Shown in pieces: positions 8,918-17,113 of a stretch of 60,865 bases of DNA (positions are counted from its first letter, which is position 1; every line of letters begins with the position of its first letter). This DNA comes from Terriglobales bacterium (GTDB taxonomy: Bacteria > Acidobacteriota > Terriglobia > Terriglobales > Acidobacteriaceae). The DNA lies in assembly GCA_049589215.1 (NCBI GenBank), contig JBAWAI010000584.1, positions 1-60,865 on the forward strand. Direction: 5' to 3'. The position numbers and the translations under genes are program-made. The notes beneath the pieces are model-generated. The model was not told the origin of the DNA. It worked only from the letters and a program-made list of their open reading frames with translations, and did no database searches.

Positions 8918-10041
8918 ATTCGCGGCAGGGGGTCGCCGACGAGCATATCTACGATTCGACTGCCACCGTAAAGGGTTGTCACGAGAACCGTGCCGGCGGG
9001 CTGTTCACGAACTTCGCCGATGACTTGCGCTTCACTTCCGCCGGGCGCGAGACACAAGGCGTTGATGGCGGCGTCGGCATAATCGGGCGAGACGACGGCG
9101 AGGAACTGGCCTTCATTGGCGATGTGCAAGGGATCGAGGCCGAGCAACTCGCAGGCGCCACGGACAGTATCGCGCACCGGGATCTGATCTTCAAAAAGGA
9201 CCATGCCGAGACCGCAGTCGCGCGCCAATTCGTTGAGCGAGGTCGCGGCGCCGCCACGAGTTGGATCGCGCATCCAGCGGATGCCAGGACCAGCGGCGCG
9301 AATGAGAGCTTCGACGAGCGGAAGCACGGAGCGAGTGTCAGAGCGAAGATCGGCTTCGAGATCGAGTTCGCCGCGCGCGAGCAGGATGGTAATGCCGTGA
9401 TCGCCGATCGGGCCAGAGAGAAGAATCCGATCGCCGACGCGGACAGAACGCGGATCAATCGTGACGCCGGGAAGGAGGCGGCCGATGCCGGTGGTGGCTA
9501 TGTACATGCGGTCGGCTTTGCCATGCTCGACGACTTTGGTGTCACCGGCAGCGATGCGAACACCGGCATCCTGCGCGGCTTTGGCCATGGCTCGAACTTC
9601 GGCTTCGAGAATCGGGGTGGGCAGTCCGGCTTCGAGAACGTAAGAGACGACGAGGGCTTCAGCGCGAGCGCCGGAGACGGCGAGGTCGTTGACGGTGCCG
9701 TTGACGGCGAGTTCGCCGATCGAACCGCCGGGGAAGGTGATGGGCTTTACGACAAAACTGTCGGTAGTGATGGCAATTTTCGCGCCGTCGATTTCGACAT
9801 GAGCAGCATCGCCGAGCGGGCCGGGAGAGTTCCCGAAAAAGAGAGGAGCGAAAAGACCTTCGACCAGTTTGCGGCTGGCTTTGCCGCCGGCTCCGTGAGC
9901 CATCTCGATCTGCGGGTCACGGAAGCGTATGCGAGGAGAATCGGCCAGCAGCGCGGCGGGAGCGGCCGGGTCGCTCAAGCTACCGAACTCAGACTCACCA
10001 TCACTGCCTTGCGATGTTCGTAGTTGTGATAGGCGGCGCAT
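8911..10041 (-). CDS. hypE: Hydrogenase maturation protein HypE
   Basis: IEMAHGAGGKA near the N-terminus and the C-terminal PRIC motif. Start is uncertain: it must lie upstream of 9903 because conserved sequence precedes that Met. Confidence 0.9.
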   Translation of the reverse strand: MRRLSQLRTSQGSDGESEFGSLSDPAAPAALLADSPRIRFRDPQIEMAHGAGGKASRKLVEGLFAPLFFGNSPGPLGDAAHVEIDGAKIAITTDSFVVKPITFPGGSIGELAVNGTVNDLAVSGARAEALVVSYVLEAGLPTPILEAEVRAMAKAAQDAGVRIAAGDTKVVEHGKADRMYIATTGIGRLLPGVTIDPRSVRVGDRILLSGPIGDHGITILLARGELDLEADLRSDTRSVLPLVEALIRAAGPGIRWMRDPTRGGAATSLNELARDCGLGMVLFEDQIPVRDTVRGACELLGLDPLHIANEGQFLAVVSPDYADAAINALCLAPGGSEAQVIGEVREQPAGTVLVTTLYGGSRIVDMLVGDPLPRIC

Positions 10042-11102
10042 GATCCTTCCGATGACACCATGAGTGCGCCGATAGGATGCTCAGGGGTGCACTCGCGCCC
10101 AAACAGTTTACACTGATGCGGTTTGAGCACACCTTTGAGGACTTCTCCACACTGCGCGGCTTGCGGGTCGGTCACCCGAATGCCGGGTACCTGGAAGCGT
10201 TGTTCGGCGTCGAACTCGGCATGCTTGTCGTTGATGCGAAGCGCCGACTGCGAGATGAACCCGAGGCCTCTCCACTCGAAGTACGGACGTAACTCGAACA
10301 CTTCGGCCATGGCTTTGAGGGCGGCGCGGTTGCCCTCCCAGGGAACTACGCGCTTGTATTGATTTTCGACTTTGGCCTCGCCGGCTTTCAGCTGACGCAG
10401 CAGCATGACGATGGATTGCAGCATGTCGAGCGGCTCGAAGCCGGAGACGACGATGGGCTTGCGCTCGTTGCGAGCGATCCACTCATAGGGACGACAACCG
10501 ATGACGGTGGAGACGTGGCCGGGACCGATGAAGGCGTCGAGGCGCATGTCGGGAGAATCGAGAATAGCCCGGATCGCGGGAATGATCGTGACGTGATTGC
10601 AGAAGACGGAGAAATTGTGAACGCCTTCGGAGCGGGCGCGCATCATGGTGAGAGCGGTGGAGGGCGCGGTGGTTTCAAAGCCGATAGCAAAAAACATAAC
10701 GTGCTTTTCGGGATTGAGGCGGGCGAGCTTAAGTGCGTCAGAGGGTGAATAGACGATGCGAACGTCCATGCCGCGGGCCTTGTGTTCAAGCGGGCTGCCG
10801 TGAGTACCGGGGACGCGCATCATGTCGCCGAAGGCGGCGAAGATAACGTTGGGGTCGCCCGCGACGGCGAGGCCGTCATCGATGCGGCCCATGGGAAGGA
10901 CGCAGACGGGGCAGCCGGGGCCGTGAATCAGTTCGATATTTTCCGGGAGGATATCTTTGAGGCCGAAGCGGTAGATGGCGTGAGTGTGACCGCCGCAGAC
11001 TTCCATCATGCGGTAATGGCGGTCGGTACCGGCGAGGCGACGGATTTCATCGGCGGTCTTTGAGATCAATTCGGGCTGGCGGAATTCGTCGACGAATTTC
11101 AT
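9975..11102 (-). CDS. hypD: Hydrogenase maturation protein HypD
   Basis: MKFVDEFR start, plus CGGHTHAI, GPGCPVCV, FAIGFETT and PGHVS motifs. ATG 11102 is chosen over the longer ORF-track start. Confidence 0.9.
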   Translation of the reverse strand: MKFVDEFRQPELISKTADEIRRLAGTDRHYRMMEVCGGHTHAIYRFGLKDILPENIELIHGPGCPVCVLPMGRIDDGLAVAGDPNVIFAAFGDMMRVPGTHGSPLEHKARGMDVRIVYSPSDALKLARLNPEKHVMFFAIGFETTAPSTALTMMRARSEGVHNFSVFCNHVTIIPAIRAILDSPDMRLDAFIGPGHVSTVIGCRPYEWIARNERKPIVVSGFEPLDMLQSIVMLLRQLKAGEAKVENQYKRVVPWEGNRAALKAMAEVFELRPYFEWRGLGFISQSALRINDKHAEFDAEQRFQVPGIRVTDPQAAQCGEVLKGVLKPHQCKLFGRECTPEHPIGALMVSSEGSCAAYHNYEHRKAVMVSLSSVA

Positions 11103-11154
11103 GCAGCTTGGCTCCGGGGTTCCGTACTGCACATCCGAGACTGCCGGGTAGGAT

Positions 11155-11433
11155 TCAATTGATATCCTCCAGCCCGTAGCCTCGAACTTCCTGCATTGCT
11201 CCGTCAATCTCTCCCAGCATTCTGAGAGTATCCATCTGGTCGGCGGCGTCCTGTTCGCTGATCTTGCTCATGGCGAAGCCGACGTGAACGAGCACCCAGT
11301 CGCCGCGCACGGGCTTATCGTCGGCCAAGAGACCAAGGTCGATTCTGCGGCGCACGCCGACTACCTCGACGACGGCAGAGTCCTGGTTGTCGGGAGAAAT
11401 CTCGACAATCTTTCCGGGTATGGCTAGACACAT
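11155..11433 (-). CDS. hypC: Hydrogenase assembly chaperone HypC/HupF
   Basis: MCLAIPGKIVEI N-terminus; 92 aa. Confidence 0.9.
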   Translation of the reverse strand: MCLAIPGKIVEISPDNQDSAVVEVVGVRRRIDLGLLADDKPVRGDWVLVHVGFAMSKISEQDAADQMDTLRMLGEIDGAMQEVRGYGLEDIN

Positions 11434-11475
11434 TCGGCATCCTCCGTCGTGGTTGAACTCATTTTGCGCTGCCGG

Positions 11476-12069
11476 TCAAGGTTGCTTCCTCGCTAAAATT
11501 GCGAAAGAGAGTTTTATTTCGTCTTTGAGTTTGACGGTGCCGCCAGCGGCGGTTACCGGCTGAATTTCATAATCGCTCAGGCGGACGGAAAAATCTCCGG
11601 ACGCGCGGAGCGTATCGCCGTTTATGGAGACCCGCGTGGAGACTGGTTGACCGCGCTTGACTCCGTGCATTGTGAGATCGCCGGCGAGCGCGACCCAGTA
11701 TTGGCCTTCTCCGGTTTTGCTGGCGATGACGCTGGAACACTCGTAGACGATATCGGGAAAAGAGTCGACTTCCAAAACCTCGTCGTGCATGCGACGGTTG
11801 ATTTCGTCGTGATCTTTAGCGCTGATATCGTCGGTATCGTTGAGAGATGCCGCGTGAATTATCATGCGCAGCGAACTTTGCTCGAGTGCGTCGGGATTGA
11901 GAAGGATTTCACCCTCGAAATCAGGGAGTTCGATGGTTGGACTGTGAGCGAACGCGGAAAGCATTCCGGCGGCAAACGCGCGCGCGGTAAAGGCACTCCC
12001 GTTGGTTTTAATCGAGTAGTGAAGCGTGGTTCCCTCCGGCGTTATCGCGGGTTCGGCAGCGTAATGCAC
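11476..12069 (-). CDS. YceI-like (polyisoprenoid/lipid-binding beta-barrel) protein, no signal peptide, paralog 1
   Basis: YceI-type C-terminal pattern (LTMHGVKR...ASGDFSVRLSDYEI...VKLKDEIKLSF). GTG start has GGGAGG 8 nt upstream. The N-terminus is not hydrophobic. Confidence 0.7.
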   Translation of the reverse strand: MHYAAEPAITPEGTTLHYSIKTNGSAFTARAFAAGMLSAFAHSPTIELPDFEGEILLNPDALEQSSLRMIIHAASLNDTDDISAKDHDEINRRMHDEVLEVDSFPDIVYECSSVIASKTGEGQYWVALAGDLTMHGVKRGQPVSTRVSINGDTLRASGDFSVRLSDYEIQPVTAAGGTVKLKDEIKLSFAILARKQP

Positions 12070-12113
12070 TGGAAAAACCTCCCGACAAAATGCTCCCGAA
12101 GAGAACTGCGGCT

Positions 12114-12683
12114 CTACTCCGGCTTGCGAGCGACTATGTAAAACGTAAATTTCAGCTCGTCCTGAAGCTTTAAAGAACCGCCGGCAATCGAGGCGATCCG
12201 AATGTCGTAATCGCTTTGCAACAGCGTGAACGTCCCAAAAACGCGAGCCGTATCAATCCCCATAGCCGCTTGAGCTTCGAAGCCTAAGTCGCTGGAAACT
12301 CCGTGCAGCATCAATCTACCACTCACCTTGATACGGTAAAGATCGTCTTTCAGTTTCTCAGCCGCTATGCCGGTGCTCTCGTACGCGACCTCCGGGAAAC
12401 GCTGCGTTTCCAGCACCTCCTTATTCATCACACGATGGATTTCGCGTCGATCGTCATCGCGTAACTCATCTAGAACTTCGAGGGATGCGGCTTTCACCCG
12501 GACCCGGAGAGAGGCATCCTGCAGCTTATTTGATGACATCTGAACCTCGCCCGTCCAATCGCGAATCGCAATCTTCGGGCTATGTGCGACAGCCGCGATC
12601 AGCCCGCTCGCGAAAGCCTGCACAACAAACTGGCTCGCCCTTGTATCAGCCGAGTAACAAATTCTGTCAGCACCGGTCGCCAT
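12114..12683 (-). CDS. YceI-like protein, no signal peptide, paralog 2
   Basis: Aligns by eye with paralog 1 (AFASGLIAAVAHSP / AFAAGMLSAFAHSP; LMLHGVS...TFTLLQSDYDI...LKLQDELKFTF). ATG 12683 has GGAGG 8 nt upstream; the ORF-track start 12737 lacks an SD. Confidence 0.7.
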   Translation of the reverse strand: MATGADRICYSADTRASQFVVQAFASGLIAAVAHSPKIAIRDWTGEVQMSSNKLQDASLRVRVKAASLEVLDELRDDDRREIHRVMNKEVLETQRFPEVAYESTGIAAEKLKDDLYRIKVSGRLMLHGVSSDLGFEAQAAMGIDTARVFGTFTLLQSDYDIRIASIAGGSLKLQDELKFTFYIVARKPE

Positions 12684-12768
12684 CGAAGTAACCTCCGGGC
12701 CCTGAGAATAACATGCAAAAGCAGTCCCGTAACTCATCCGATTAATGCGATCCGTCCTGACCAGCTTG

Positions 12769-12972
12769 TTACATCGAGCGTAACTTCAAGTAACGATCGA
12801 GATCAGGCAACGCGCCTTGAGCCAGATCTCCCAGGCCGAACTGGCCGAGATAGCGTTTCGCGATGGGATTGGAAAGAATCAGGCCCGCCCCGAAAACGAT
12901 AAGTGCCACACCGCTAAGCATGAAGAGCGTGTCTCTGTCACTGAAGTGACCGTCACCATTGTCCATTGCCAC
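12769..12972 (-). CDS. Small single-pass membrane protein (67 aa)
   Basis: AAGGAGA lies 5 nt upstream of the GTG start. One hydrophobic helix (LFMLSGVALIVFGAGLILS). The gene sits between operon neighbours with 27-31 nt gaps. Confidence 0.6.
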   Translation of the reverse strand: MAMDNGDGHFSDRDTLFMLSGVALIVFGAGLILSNPIAKRYLGQFGLGDLAQGALPDLDRYLKLRSM

Positions 12973-12999
12973 GGCAGTCTCCTTTTACCACTTGAGAAG

Positions 13000-13869
13000 T
13001 TACTGGGTTGAACAGTTACCGACTGAAGAGTTACCGACTGAACCAGACTTATGTTTGTACAGAACCTTGTCGATCAACGATTTTACGAGTTTCACTGCCA
13101 CATCCACTGCGGCCTCAACGGCCGCGCTGAGCCCCATCTGACCTTCTTCGCCGCCGAGAGTTTCAGGTTCGCAACCGACGAGCAGAATATTCTTGACTTC
13201 GATGTTCATTGCCCGGGCCATGCGAAGCACGCTCATCGGATTCATGGAGTGCGCTTCGACGGTGGCCGGCGCGGCTGCGGAATCGTCAAGCGATTTCAAG
13301 TCGGGCTCAATAACGGAAAGCGTGCCAGCGGGCTGGCCGTGGGGGCAGGCGTCGACCAGAATGGTGGTTTCGTAGCCATCCTGCAGAGCGTAAGCGAGAT
13401 CGAAGCCGCGAATGCCGAAGTCGGTGACGCAGACTTCCGCGGGAAGTTCGAGGGCGGCGAGACGGCGTGCAACTTCGACACCGAAGGCGTCGTCACCGAG
13501 GAAGATGTTGCCGATTCCGGCGACCAGGATCGTGGGCTTTTGGACGGTTGAGACCGGCGGAAACTGGTCGGGTGGGAGCGGCTCGACTTCTTCCGCATCG
13601 AAAAAGAAGCGATGACCGGGCTGGCGAAGCATGCCCATGTCGCGGCCGGGATCCTGATCGAGGACCACACAGACGTGCTGCTTGCCTTCGTAGTCCTGCT
13701 CGATGCATTCGATGGTGGCAATCTGACCGGCGAGGGCGATGTCCATTACATCGCCGCCTTTGCGGGGATGAAGACGCACGCGGGATCCCTGGCGGACTGC
13801 GACGCCGGAAATTTCGAGATGATCGAGAGGAGTTTTTTCTTCGAGGAGTTGCCATTCCCATTCATTCAT
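13000..13869 (-). CDS. [NiFe]-hydrogenase maturation endopeptidase (HupD/HyaD family) with a ~100-aa N-terminal extension
   Basis: Protease core ILVAGIGNIFLGDDAFGVEVA...DFGIRGFDLAYAL...ILVDA starts near residue 115. The N-terminal part is a separate domain. Confidence 0.8.
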   Translation of the reverse strand: MNEWEWQLLEEKTPLDHLEISGVAVRQGSRVRLHPRKGGDVMDIALAGQIATIECIEQDYEGKQHVCVVLDQDPGRDMGMLRQPGHRFFFDAEEVEPLPPDQFPPVSTVQKPTILVAGIGNIFLGDDAFGVEVARRLAALELPAEVCVTDFGIRGFDLAYALQDGYETTILVDACPHGQPAGTLSVIEPDLKSLDDSAAAPATVEAHSMNPMSVLRMARAMNIEVKNILLVGCEPETLGGEEGQMGLSAAVEAAVDVAVKLVKSLIDKVLYKHKSGSVGNSSVGNCSTQ

Positions 13870-14960
13870 TGGGCCTCCTCCTGGGTGGAAGCGGAATCGA
13901 CCGGGCGCAAACCGCGCAGCACGCCGTGGAGTTTCATGAACTGTTCGACGGGCATAGATTCGGTGCGTTCGAGCATCTGGCGGGCGCGCTCGTCGGACTG
14001 GCTCATCTCGCGTTTTTCTTCGTCGGTGAGGGTCATGATGCGGAGAGAGAGAATTTCGTCGATCTCGGTGCCGTCGAAGAGATCGCCTGCGCTTTCGGGT
14101 GCGATCTTGGGATAGTCGTAAAGGATGATGGGCGAGGAGAGCAACGTGTCGTATTGGCCCTCTTCACCAACGAGCACGGGCCATGCGCCGACGTTTTTGC
14201 AGTCGGCAACGAGGGCGGCGAGGTGGTCGGGTGGGGCGAACAGCGAAATGAACTTCCCGTGATGAACGCCGAGGACGGTATGAGTTGAAACGAGCGAGCT
14301 TAGCAGGGCGTTTTCGCGGCTCGTCCGATCGGCGTCGGCGAATGGAGTGCGGTTGCGTATGCAAACTGTGACCTTGAAAAGGCCGTCCGCAACGCGCTCG
14401 CAACGGGTCTCGATTACGCCGCGAAGTTCACTCTGGTCGCGGATTATCACGCCCGCGGCGAGGCCTTGCGCATCCTTGAGATATTCGAATTCGCGGCTTG
14501 CGGGAAAGAGGAATGACTGCGACAGCGGCTTTGGCACGAGCGCATCGAGATTCGAGAGCGGCAAGATCACTTCGCGCTCTACCGCTTCCTGCCAGGGCTG
14601 ATAGACACGCCCCTCCATTGTTAGTTTGTCGACAGGGTGGTAGTCAGGCTTTTCATTCGGCGGTAAGTCGCTGATGCGCGCTGTCAGTTGGCCGACTGAA
14701 CGGGCGACCAACTGGAGAAAGCGAACGCGAACCTCTAGCGCGGGCGTTGAACCGACCTCGGAGTCAGCTTCGACCAGGCATTCGGTCTGCATGGTCCAAG
14801 CCTCGGTGCCGTTTTGCGCTTCGCTGTAGGACTGTGGACAGATGACGCCGAAGTTCCAGCGCTGCTGATTTTTCACCGACGATGGTCGGTAGGGATAAAG
14901 CATGTATCCCTCGTAGAGCACGGCTTTCGCGATCTGATTGACGGTCGCGAGATTCATCAC
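13866..14960 (-). CDS. Conserved hypothetical protein of group 1h hydrogenase clusters
   Basis: 364-aa ORF with 4-nt overlaps to both neighbours. N-terminus LYEGYMLYPYRPSSVKNQQRWNFGV recalled from Hhy-type clusters. No known function. Confidence 0.7.
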   Translation of the reverse strand: MMNLATVNQIAKAVLYEGYMLYPYRPSSVKNQQRWNFGVICPQSYSEAQNGTEAWTMQTECLVEADSEVGSTPALEVRVRFLQLVARSVGQLTARISDLPPNEKPDYHPVDKLTMEGRVYQPWQEAVEREVILPLSNLDALVPKPLSQSFLFPASREFEYLKDAQGLAAGVIIRDQSELRGVIETRCERVADGLFKVTVCIRNRTPFADADRTSRENALLSSLVSTHTVLGVHHGKFISLFAPPDHLAALVADCKNVGAWPVLVGEEGQYDTLLSSPIILYDYPKIAPESAGDLFDGTEIDEILSLRIMTLTDEEKREMSQSDERARQMLERTESMPVEQFMKLHGVLRGLRPVDSASTQEEAQ

Positions 14961-15610
14961 ATCACCTTCTCAAGTTTTTCTTCCGTGGGGATGATGCTTT
15001 CCAGCACCTCTTCCCAGGTGGGGATACCGTGCTGAACTTTGTACTGATAGAGGCGATCGAAAGCATCTTTCTGGAGGCAGAGCCACGCTGTGTTGGGATA
15101 GTAGGCCTGCATCATGTCGTGCCAGATTTTCACGGGGAGTTTAAAGCGGGCCTCTTTATCCCAGGAGATGGGCGCAACCTGCAATCCATTTTCGGCGCTG
15201 GCATAGAAGACCGTGCCGCTGAACTGAATGCAGACGGGGACTTCTCCGTCGGCAAGGCCGTCGAAATATTTGGTGGCGGCAACGTTGAAATCGAAGGTGC
15301 ATGGCACGGGGAGATCGACGACCGTTGTGCCTTTGAATGACGGCACGACGAGATTGGCGTGCGTCCAGAGGAGGCTGCGCAGGGTCTGGCCCCAGCGGCT
15401 GGGGTCGCCGAAGAGGTCGAGCAAGCGATCCTGATCTTCGGCGGTGTATTTGCGGCGCGTGACTTCGAGCTGAATCTGACAGCGGAGAGCAACGGTGTGG
15501 ATGGTTTGCTCGGGGTTGGCGTCTGTGAGGCGAAGTTTGAAAGCGAGCAGAGGCGTAGCCGAGTTGGCGACGACTTCGGCACCTTCGATCTGGAAAGTCA
15601 GGTCAGGCAC
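14957..15610 (-). CDS. DUF6084-like hydrogenase-cluster protein
   Basis: LTFQIEGAEV...VALRCQIQLEVTRRKY...LLDLFGDPSRWGQTL...DLPVPCTFDFNVAATKY. The family name is from memory. Confidence 0.7.
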   Translation of the reverse strand: MPDLTFQIEGAEVVANSATPLLAFKLRLTDANPEQTIHTVALRCQIQLEVTRRKYTAEDQDRLLDLFGDPSRWGQTLRSLLWTHANLVVPSFKGTTVVDLPVPCTFDFNVAATKYFDGLADGEVPVCIQFSGTVFYASAENGLQVAPISWDKEARFKLPVKIWHDMMQAYYPNTAWLCLQKDAFDRLYQYKVQHGIPTWEEVLESIIPTEEKLEKVM

Positions 15611-16280
15611 TGAATTCCTCCACGGGCCGGGAGGACTCGGCGGGGACTTCGACGGAGCGCGCTTTTATGTTGCTGAAAAAATCGCCTAATTCTTTCCATA
15701 CTTCGGTGCCGCCGGAGAGACCTTTCCAGTGCATGCGAATGATGCCGACGAGTTTGTAGCATTCGTCAATCGGAAGCAGGTAGTACTCGGCGGCGGAATA
15801 GCCCCTGGAGTAGCCGAGACGGTTGACTAGCAATCCTTCCACGTCGGACTCCATATCGTTGAGGATCGGGTTGCGAGTGACGATGTCGTTCCAGGATTCG
15901 AGAGAGAGTAGCGATTCGGTGGCACCGGCGGGGCTGGGATAGAGGGCGACTATGCGGTTCTCGAGGCTGCTGCGGAAGAAGAACGCCATATTGATGGGGA
16001 CCATGAGGGTGTTCCACTCGGAATCGGTGAGATGAAAGCCGGGCAGCGAGCGGACGCGACGCGGAACGCGTTTGAACTTTACTCCCTGACCGCTAAAGAG
16101 AAGCGCGCAGGCGTCGCAGGTGCAAAGCAGCTTGCGCTCGGCAACTTCGATCAAGTGAGGATGATCGGGCCGCAGACCTAGGCTGCACAACTCGCAACGT
16201 TCGAGCGGACGCTCGCGGCGGGCGAACTGACGCAGCGCTCCAAAGCCGTCCGCGGGTTCCGAGAATTGTCCGGCGCTCAT
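15603..16280 (-). CDS. DUF5947-like hydrogenase-cluster protein with a Cys-rich N-terminal motif
   Basis: CELCSLGLRPDHPHLIEVAERKLLCTCDACALLF. It overlaps the downstream gene by 8 nt. The family name is from memory. Confidence 0.7.
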   Translation of the reverse strand: MSAGQFSEPADGFGALRQFARRERPLERCELCSLGLRPDHPHLIEVAERKLLCTCDACALLFSGQGVKFKRVPRRVRSLPGFHLTDSEWNTLMVPINMAFFFRSSLENRIVALYPSPAGATESLLSLESWNDIVTRNPILNDMESDVEGLLVNRLGYSRGYSAAEYYLLPIDECYKLVGIIRMHWKGLSGGTEVWKELGDFFSNIKARSVEVPAESSRPVEEFSA

Positions 16281-16305
16281 GAGTTCACTTTTTCAATTTC
16301 AATAC

Positions 16306-16878
16306 TTAATCCGTGCCGCGCGGTTCCAGGGCGATCGGCGAACTGCCCATTAACTTGTCCAAGGCTACGAAACCGGAAGCGGGCTTCTCTTCCAAACCTT
16401 CGACTGACAGTGAGGTGAGATCGGGAGCGGCGTCATACATGGCGCCCTCGAGTGTAGCCTGCACGGTTTTGGCGGTTGAGCCGCAAGTATGCGAGCCGGT
16501 TTCGACCCGCAGACGGATGTGGCCATCGCCGATGCTCACGAGTTCGAGTTCACAACCTTGTTTGCGCAGCGTCGGACGAATGCGGTCTACGGCCTTGATG
16601 ACGCGGGATTCGAGATCTTCGGGATGCAGGCCGTAAAGGATAAGGAGGCTGCTAACGAGCGAATCGCGGCCGAGGCGGTCGATGATCGTCGTTCCCTGCT
16701 CGCCGGAGTCGGCGACGATTTCGAGAGTTTTTTCGAAGGCTGCGCCGTGGAGATCCATTAATGATTGGACGAGATTTTTGGCGGTGGCGCGCAGAGCGGG
16801 ATCGGCGATGGATTCGATCTGCTGCACCAGTTCGCCGATGCGCTGGATATCTCCCCGAATATTCTTGTCTTCGGCCAC
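16306..16878 (-). CDS. NifU-like protein of Hhy clusters (resembles the N-terminal module of HhyE-type proteins)
   Basis: GTG 16878 is preceded by GGGAG. An Nfu/NifU C-terminal-like segment (RPTLRKQGCELELVSIGDGHIRLRV...CGSTAKT) is present. The ORF-track extension to 17010 covers a hairpin-rich spacer. Confidence 0.65.
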   Translation of the reverse strand: MAEDKNIRGDIQRIGELVQQIESIADPALRATAKNLVQSLMDLHGAAFEKTLEIVADSGEQGTTIIDRLGRDSLVSSLLILYGLHPEDLESRVIKAVDRIRPTLRKQGCELELVSIGDGHIRLRVETGSHTCGSTAKTVQATLEGAMYDAAPDLTSLSVEGLEEKPASGFVALDKLMGSSPIALEPRGTD

Positions 16879-16890
16879 GATGCTCCCTGT

Positions 16891-17000
16891 GGGACTAAAG
16901 CCCCCATCTTTGTTCGCTCTTTGGGGCACGACTAAAGTCGCGCCCCACCCAAAAGCTAGCCTGCAACACGGCTGAAGCCCGTGCGGCACCCAAAAGCTCC
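16891..17000 (-). repeat. Structured intercistronic spacer: two hairpins plus short direct repeats
   Basis: GGGGCACGAC-taaa-GTCGCGCCCC (16923-16946, one mismatch). CACGG-ctgaagc-CCGTG (16967-16983). GACTAAAG occurs twice and CACCCAAAAGCT occurs twice. Confidence 0.5.
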
Positions 17001-17113
17001 CAATCAACAAAATGGAGTGAGCGCGCAGTTTTCGATACGCCGGACGTAGTTACCTGAGCACCGGCGATTCCTAACTACTACTCCCCTCACTCCCGATCAC
17101 GCACGAAACCGAT

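Noticed and set aside
8905-10023. Long antisense ORFs opposite real genes: 8905-10023(+), 17663-18952(+), 22638-23813(+), 38048-39031(+), 13467-14288(+).
   Set aside because: They lie opposite genes with unmistakable family motifs (hypE, hhyL, hhyS2, czcA, protease). Their products are Gly/Arg/Asp/Ala-rich low-complexity sequence typical of shadow frames in high-GC DNA. They have no start signals.
16879-17010. N-terminal extension of the NifU-like ORF (MLIGSFWVPHGLQPCCRLAFGWGATLVVPQRANKDGGFSP).
   Set aside because: This stretch is the hairpin- and repeat-containing spacer read as protein. A GTG with GGGAG upstream at 16878 gives a sensible start.
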